Assembly: GCA_963709405.1 (NCBI GenBank)
Contig: CAVPXM010000045.1
Coordinates: 1-23,136 of the forward strand
From: an uncultured Nitrososphaerales archaeon
Lineage (GTDB): Archaea > Thermoproteota > Nitrososphaeria > Nitrososphaerales > Nitrososphaeraceae
Length of the DNA: 23,136 nucleotides
Direction of reading: 5' to 3'
The position numbers were made by a program, and so were the translations under genes. The notes under the pieces were generated by a model. It did not search any database, had not been told where the DNA came from, and was given only the letters and a program-made list of their open reading frames with translations. Shown piece by piece: positions 20,203 through 23,136 of this stretch (within the stretch, counting starts at the first letter, position 1; every line of letters starts with the position of its first letter).

Positions 20203-21340
20203 TAGTCTAGATCTTTAGATAGATAAGCTTAACAGATGTAGGATATTCCCATCATGTGAGACGTGCTTCTAAGTTGAATCTAAGCCGGGGACAGAAAACA
20301 AGTCTAGAATCACTCATGAATAATACAACTAACAAGAAGGAGTATCGTAGGGTACTGGCTATACTTCAAAAAGTTGAAGGTAGATCTTATGAAGACATAG
20401 CACATGAGCACGAAGTCAATATTCGATCTGTCAAAGATGGGTTGTTGCGTTTACTCATGGTGGGATAGGAGTGGTAAGGATAAAGAAGAGACCGAGAGGA
20501 CTGAATTCACGTATAACAGATGAAAACAAAGAGGTTATCCTTTCTGCATTATTTAATGATCCCCATATCTTTGGTTATCTTAGAAATACATGGAGTCTAA
20601 GGTCACTTGCAAGATGTCTTACAGATGTAGCTTCGATATTCCAATCAGTTTCAAACATCTGCAAAGAATAACTAAGGATATGGGGATTAGGTGTAAAAGA
20701 CCAAAATTGGAACTATTACATGGATCTGACTATCAAGAGGGAAGAAAGAGGGTGGAAGATTATAAACGTGTAGCTCTCAGCTCTGAAAAAAAGGAGTGAT
20801 GTTAGTATTTGAAAGATGAAACTACGATAACACAGAAACCTTGCATACGAAGATCTATGAGTTTTGAAGGCCAGCAACAAAGGATAGAACATAATGGAAG
20901 TAGAAAGAAGTTCTCTGCATACATATCCATGCTATGGCCAGATCAGAAGTTGATGTATGATTTCTATGATAGAATGAATTCTACGAATACTATCGACCAT
21001 CTGGAGAATCTCAAGATAAACATTATGAAAAATGATTGGTGTAAAAGACTCATACTCATATGGGATAACGCTTCATACCATGTAAGCCTAATGTGTACGG
21101 AATTATATCAATGCACAGAAAGGAGAAGACTGGCTGACCATAATCCACCTACCAAAGAAGGCACCATACCTAAATCCAAATGAAAGAAAGGTAAACCAGT
21201 CGATAAAGTCAGATGTATGTGCGAATAGGTTTTATGAAAAATATAGAAGACCAGAAAACCGCAGTATCAGAATATCTAGACGAAAGTTTGGAAGATGGAA
21301 TAATGACATTTAATGTGATACTTGACTTAGAATAGACCAG
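20203..21340 (+). mobile_element. IS630-family element with multiply frameshifted transposase; ends approximate
   Basis: HTH part (EYRRVLAILQKVEGRSYEDIA), TWSLRSLA and MGIRCKRPK, then DET, LILIWDNASYH and LPKKAPYLNPNERKVN (DDE motifs) in successive frames. Confidence 0.88.
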
Positions 21341-21353
21341 GTTTTAATACAAT

Positions 21354-21412
21354 TCAGTTAGGTGTGCCCATCCACAGGATATAATAACGGATTTTTCAGA
21401 GGAATCATAACT
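21354..21412 (-). repeat. 59-bp diverged copy of 18234-18292, part of the beta-helix gene
   Basis: Ungapped alignment with 52/59 identical; encodes SYDSSEKSVIISCGWAHLT versus SYDASEKSIIISCGSVHLT. Confidence 0.85.
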
Positions 21413-22346
21413 GAGAGATTCATAGTTTTATTTTGATATTCACACATTACTTTAATGGACTAATAAAATAAAAACAATAATAGATCTGTTACTATATAAC
21501 CAACTCACTAATCTTAATTCCTACCAAGCCAAGCTGAACAACTGCTTTACATGTTAATATGGGGCGAAAACTAAAAACACATTACAGCATTTTTACAATC
21601 TACGATCGACATATTGCATAAGAATCAGGCTCCTCTATAAGAGATTCCGCTAGAATCGCCTTTCCATAGCCACACCTTTACCAGCCTCAAGTTCTTAGCA
21701 TCGGTATATCATCTATAGGATTATCTTGGTGAAATTGCTGGATGACCCAAGTCATGATTTGGTTTTCTCTATTGAGTTTTAGCTTGATTTCATTTTAGAG
21801 ATCATCTGAAAACTTTCCGGTGAGTGGAAGTTTGTATTATCAAATATCAAGGCTAAATTCGATCTATTCATAAGTAGAGTATAAATTAGTGCTATCGAGT
21901 AATACTATTATAGTTGGCTCTGTACTCTGTGATGGTAACAAGCGTAATATTAAAAGAGGAATTTTATCGATGGATCAATATTGAGTCAATTGTAATCTTA
22001 TGATTAAAACATTCTACTTTATGAAAATGGTCAAACTGATTCTTACTAAGGTTTAACATGATTTGCTATTTAATATCACAAGACATCTTGATTCTTGGAT
22101 TTTATTGGTTAAAAAGGAACATCGTAGATCATCCATAAAAAACAAAGGAAGAGAATGTGCTAGAATCGCCTTTGTTGACTGATGGATTAGACCACAGTTT
22201 TTGTTATGCGATTTAATCTTTGTGCATTCCAACCGTATAATCGACTCTAGCCTTAATTCCTTTAAATAAATACTGACAAATCTTGCTTTACACTTATTCA
22301 TTGGATATACTTTATAAGTAATGCCATAGTCACATATAACGAACTA

Positions 22347-23009
22347 TTGAATAGATACCTTATATCTTCTATTTTTATTCTTGCAACATTCCTGTTAATT
22401 GCTGTATTGGTTTCACCAAGAATAACTTACTATAGTAACAGATCTCCACTTTCAAAAGCAGATTCTTTAGCCTTTTTGACAGTAAATAATTCGCATTTGC
22501 CTGCTTTCAATAAATTGATGATTTGGTTGACTCAATATGGAAGAGAAGTATTCTGGTTTATTGTGATATTGTTATTGTTTATTTTTGGCGGCTGGGCAGG
22601 CAAGAAAACTGCTATAGTCATGACCATATCAATACTTGTTCTCGTACCTCTGGGCATAATAACAAAAGATATATTCTTAAGACCCAGGCCAGCAATTCCA
22701 AAATCAGATTTTCTAATAGCTACAGATACTGATTACTCATTTCCTTCAGGTCATGCAATTATAGTATCAGCTGGTCAGTCTGTAGCCCTCGCACTATTCA
22801 GAGACACTTATAGAAAACTTACAATATCTATCCTTTTGACTATAGAGGCAGTTTTCGTATGCATTTCAAGAGTTTACGTTGGCGGTCATTATCCATTAGA
22901 TGTAGTTGCCGGCATATTATTGGGAGTAGGAGTATCCTTCATATTCGTAGGCATAGCAGGACATTTAGAATCATTAATCATGTCAATAAAGAATCATTTA
23001 AAACATTAG
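22347..23009 (+). CDS. PAP2-family membrane phosphatase (lipid/polyprenyl-phosphate phosphatase-like)
   Basis: All three PAP2 motifs are present (KDIFLRPRP, SFPSGH, SRVYVGGHYPLDV), with several transmembrane segments. Confidence 0.95.
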   Translation: MNRYLISSIFILATFLLIAVLVSPRITYYSNRSPLSKADSLAFLTVNNSHLPAFNKLMIWLTQYGREVFWFIVILLLFIFGGWAGKKTAIVMTISILVLVPLGIITKDIFLRPRPAIPKSDFLIATDTDYSFPSGHAIIVSAGQSVALALFRDTYRKLTISILLTIEAVFVCISRVYVGGHYPLDVVAGILLGVGVSFIFVGIAGHLESLIMSIKNHLKH

Positions 23010-23136
23010 TTAGGTTTGTGCTTATGTTTTAGAACGCCTGATTACTTATATAATGAATATTATGTTACAAGAGGGTAATAATCTCCTAAAACGATGTTAG
23101 ATTTTAACCAAACTTGGATAATATTCTTATTGCACT

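Overview
AT-rich, IS-rich accessory region, most likely from a soil ammonia-oxidising archaeon (Nitrososphaeraceae). This assignment is inferred from the archaeal-type SHMT, the TATA-box spacing and protein families I recall as typical of the lineage; it is not a database result. Apparently intact genes are a divergent SRPBCC/ArsR pair, a cupin resembling hydroxynitrile lyase (HNL), a small secreted protein, a universal stress protein, a small winged-helix protein, glyA and a PAP2 phosphatase. They lie among five IS elements or remnants (two ISL2-like IS5-family copies, one other IS5, two IS630) and many decayed gene fragments. Four observations stand out. (1) Two same-strand, colinear, nearly complementary pieces of a tyrosine recombinase bracket a ~4.2 kb segment carrying glyA. 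(2) A frameshifted secreted protein is built from four helical repeats with His-x29-His spacing. (3) A beta-helix protein carries a YGIDPH motif like mannuronan epimerases (AlgG/AlgE). (4) A palindromic TATA box with an operator-like element is shared by the ArsR/SRPBCC pair. I found no rRNA, tRNA or CRISPR array. All calls come from reading the sequence by eye, and pseudogene boundaries are approximate.
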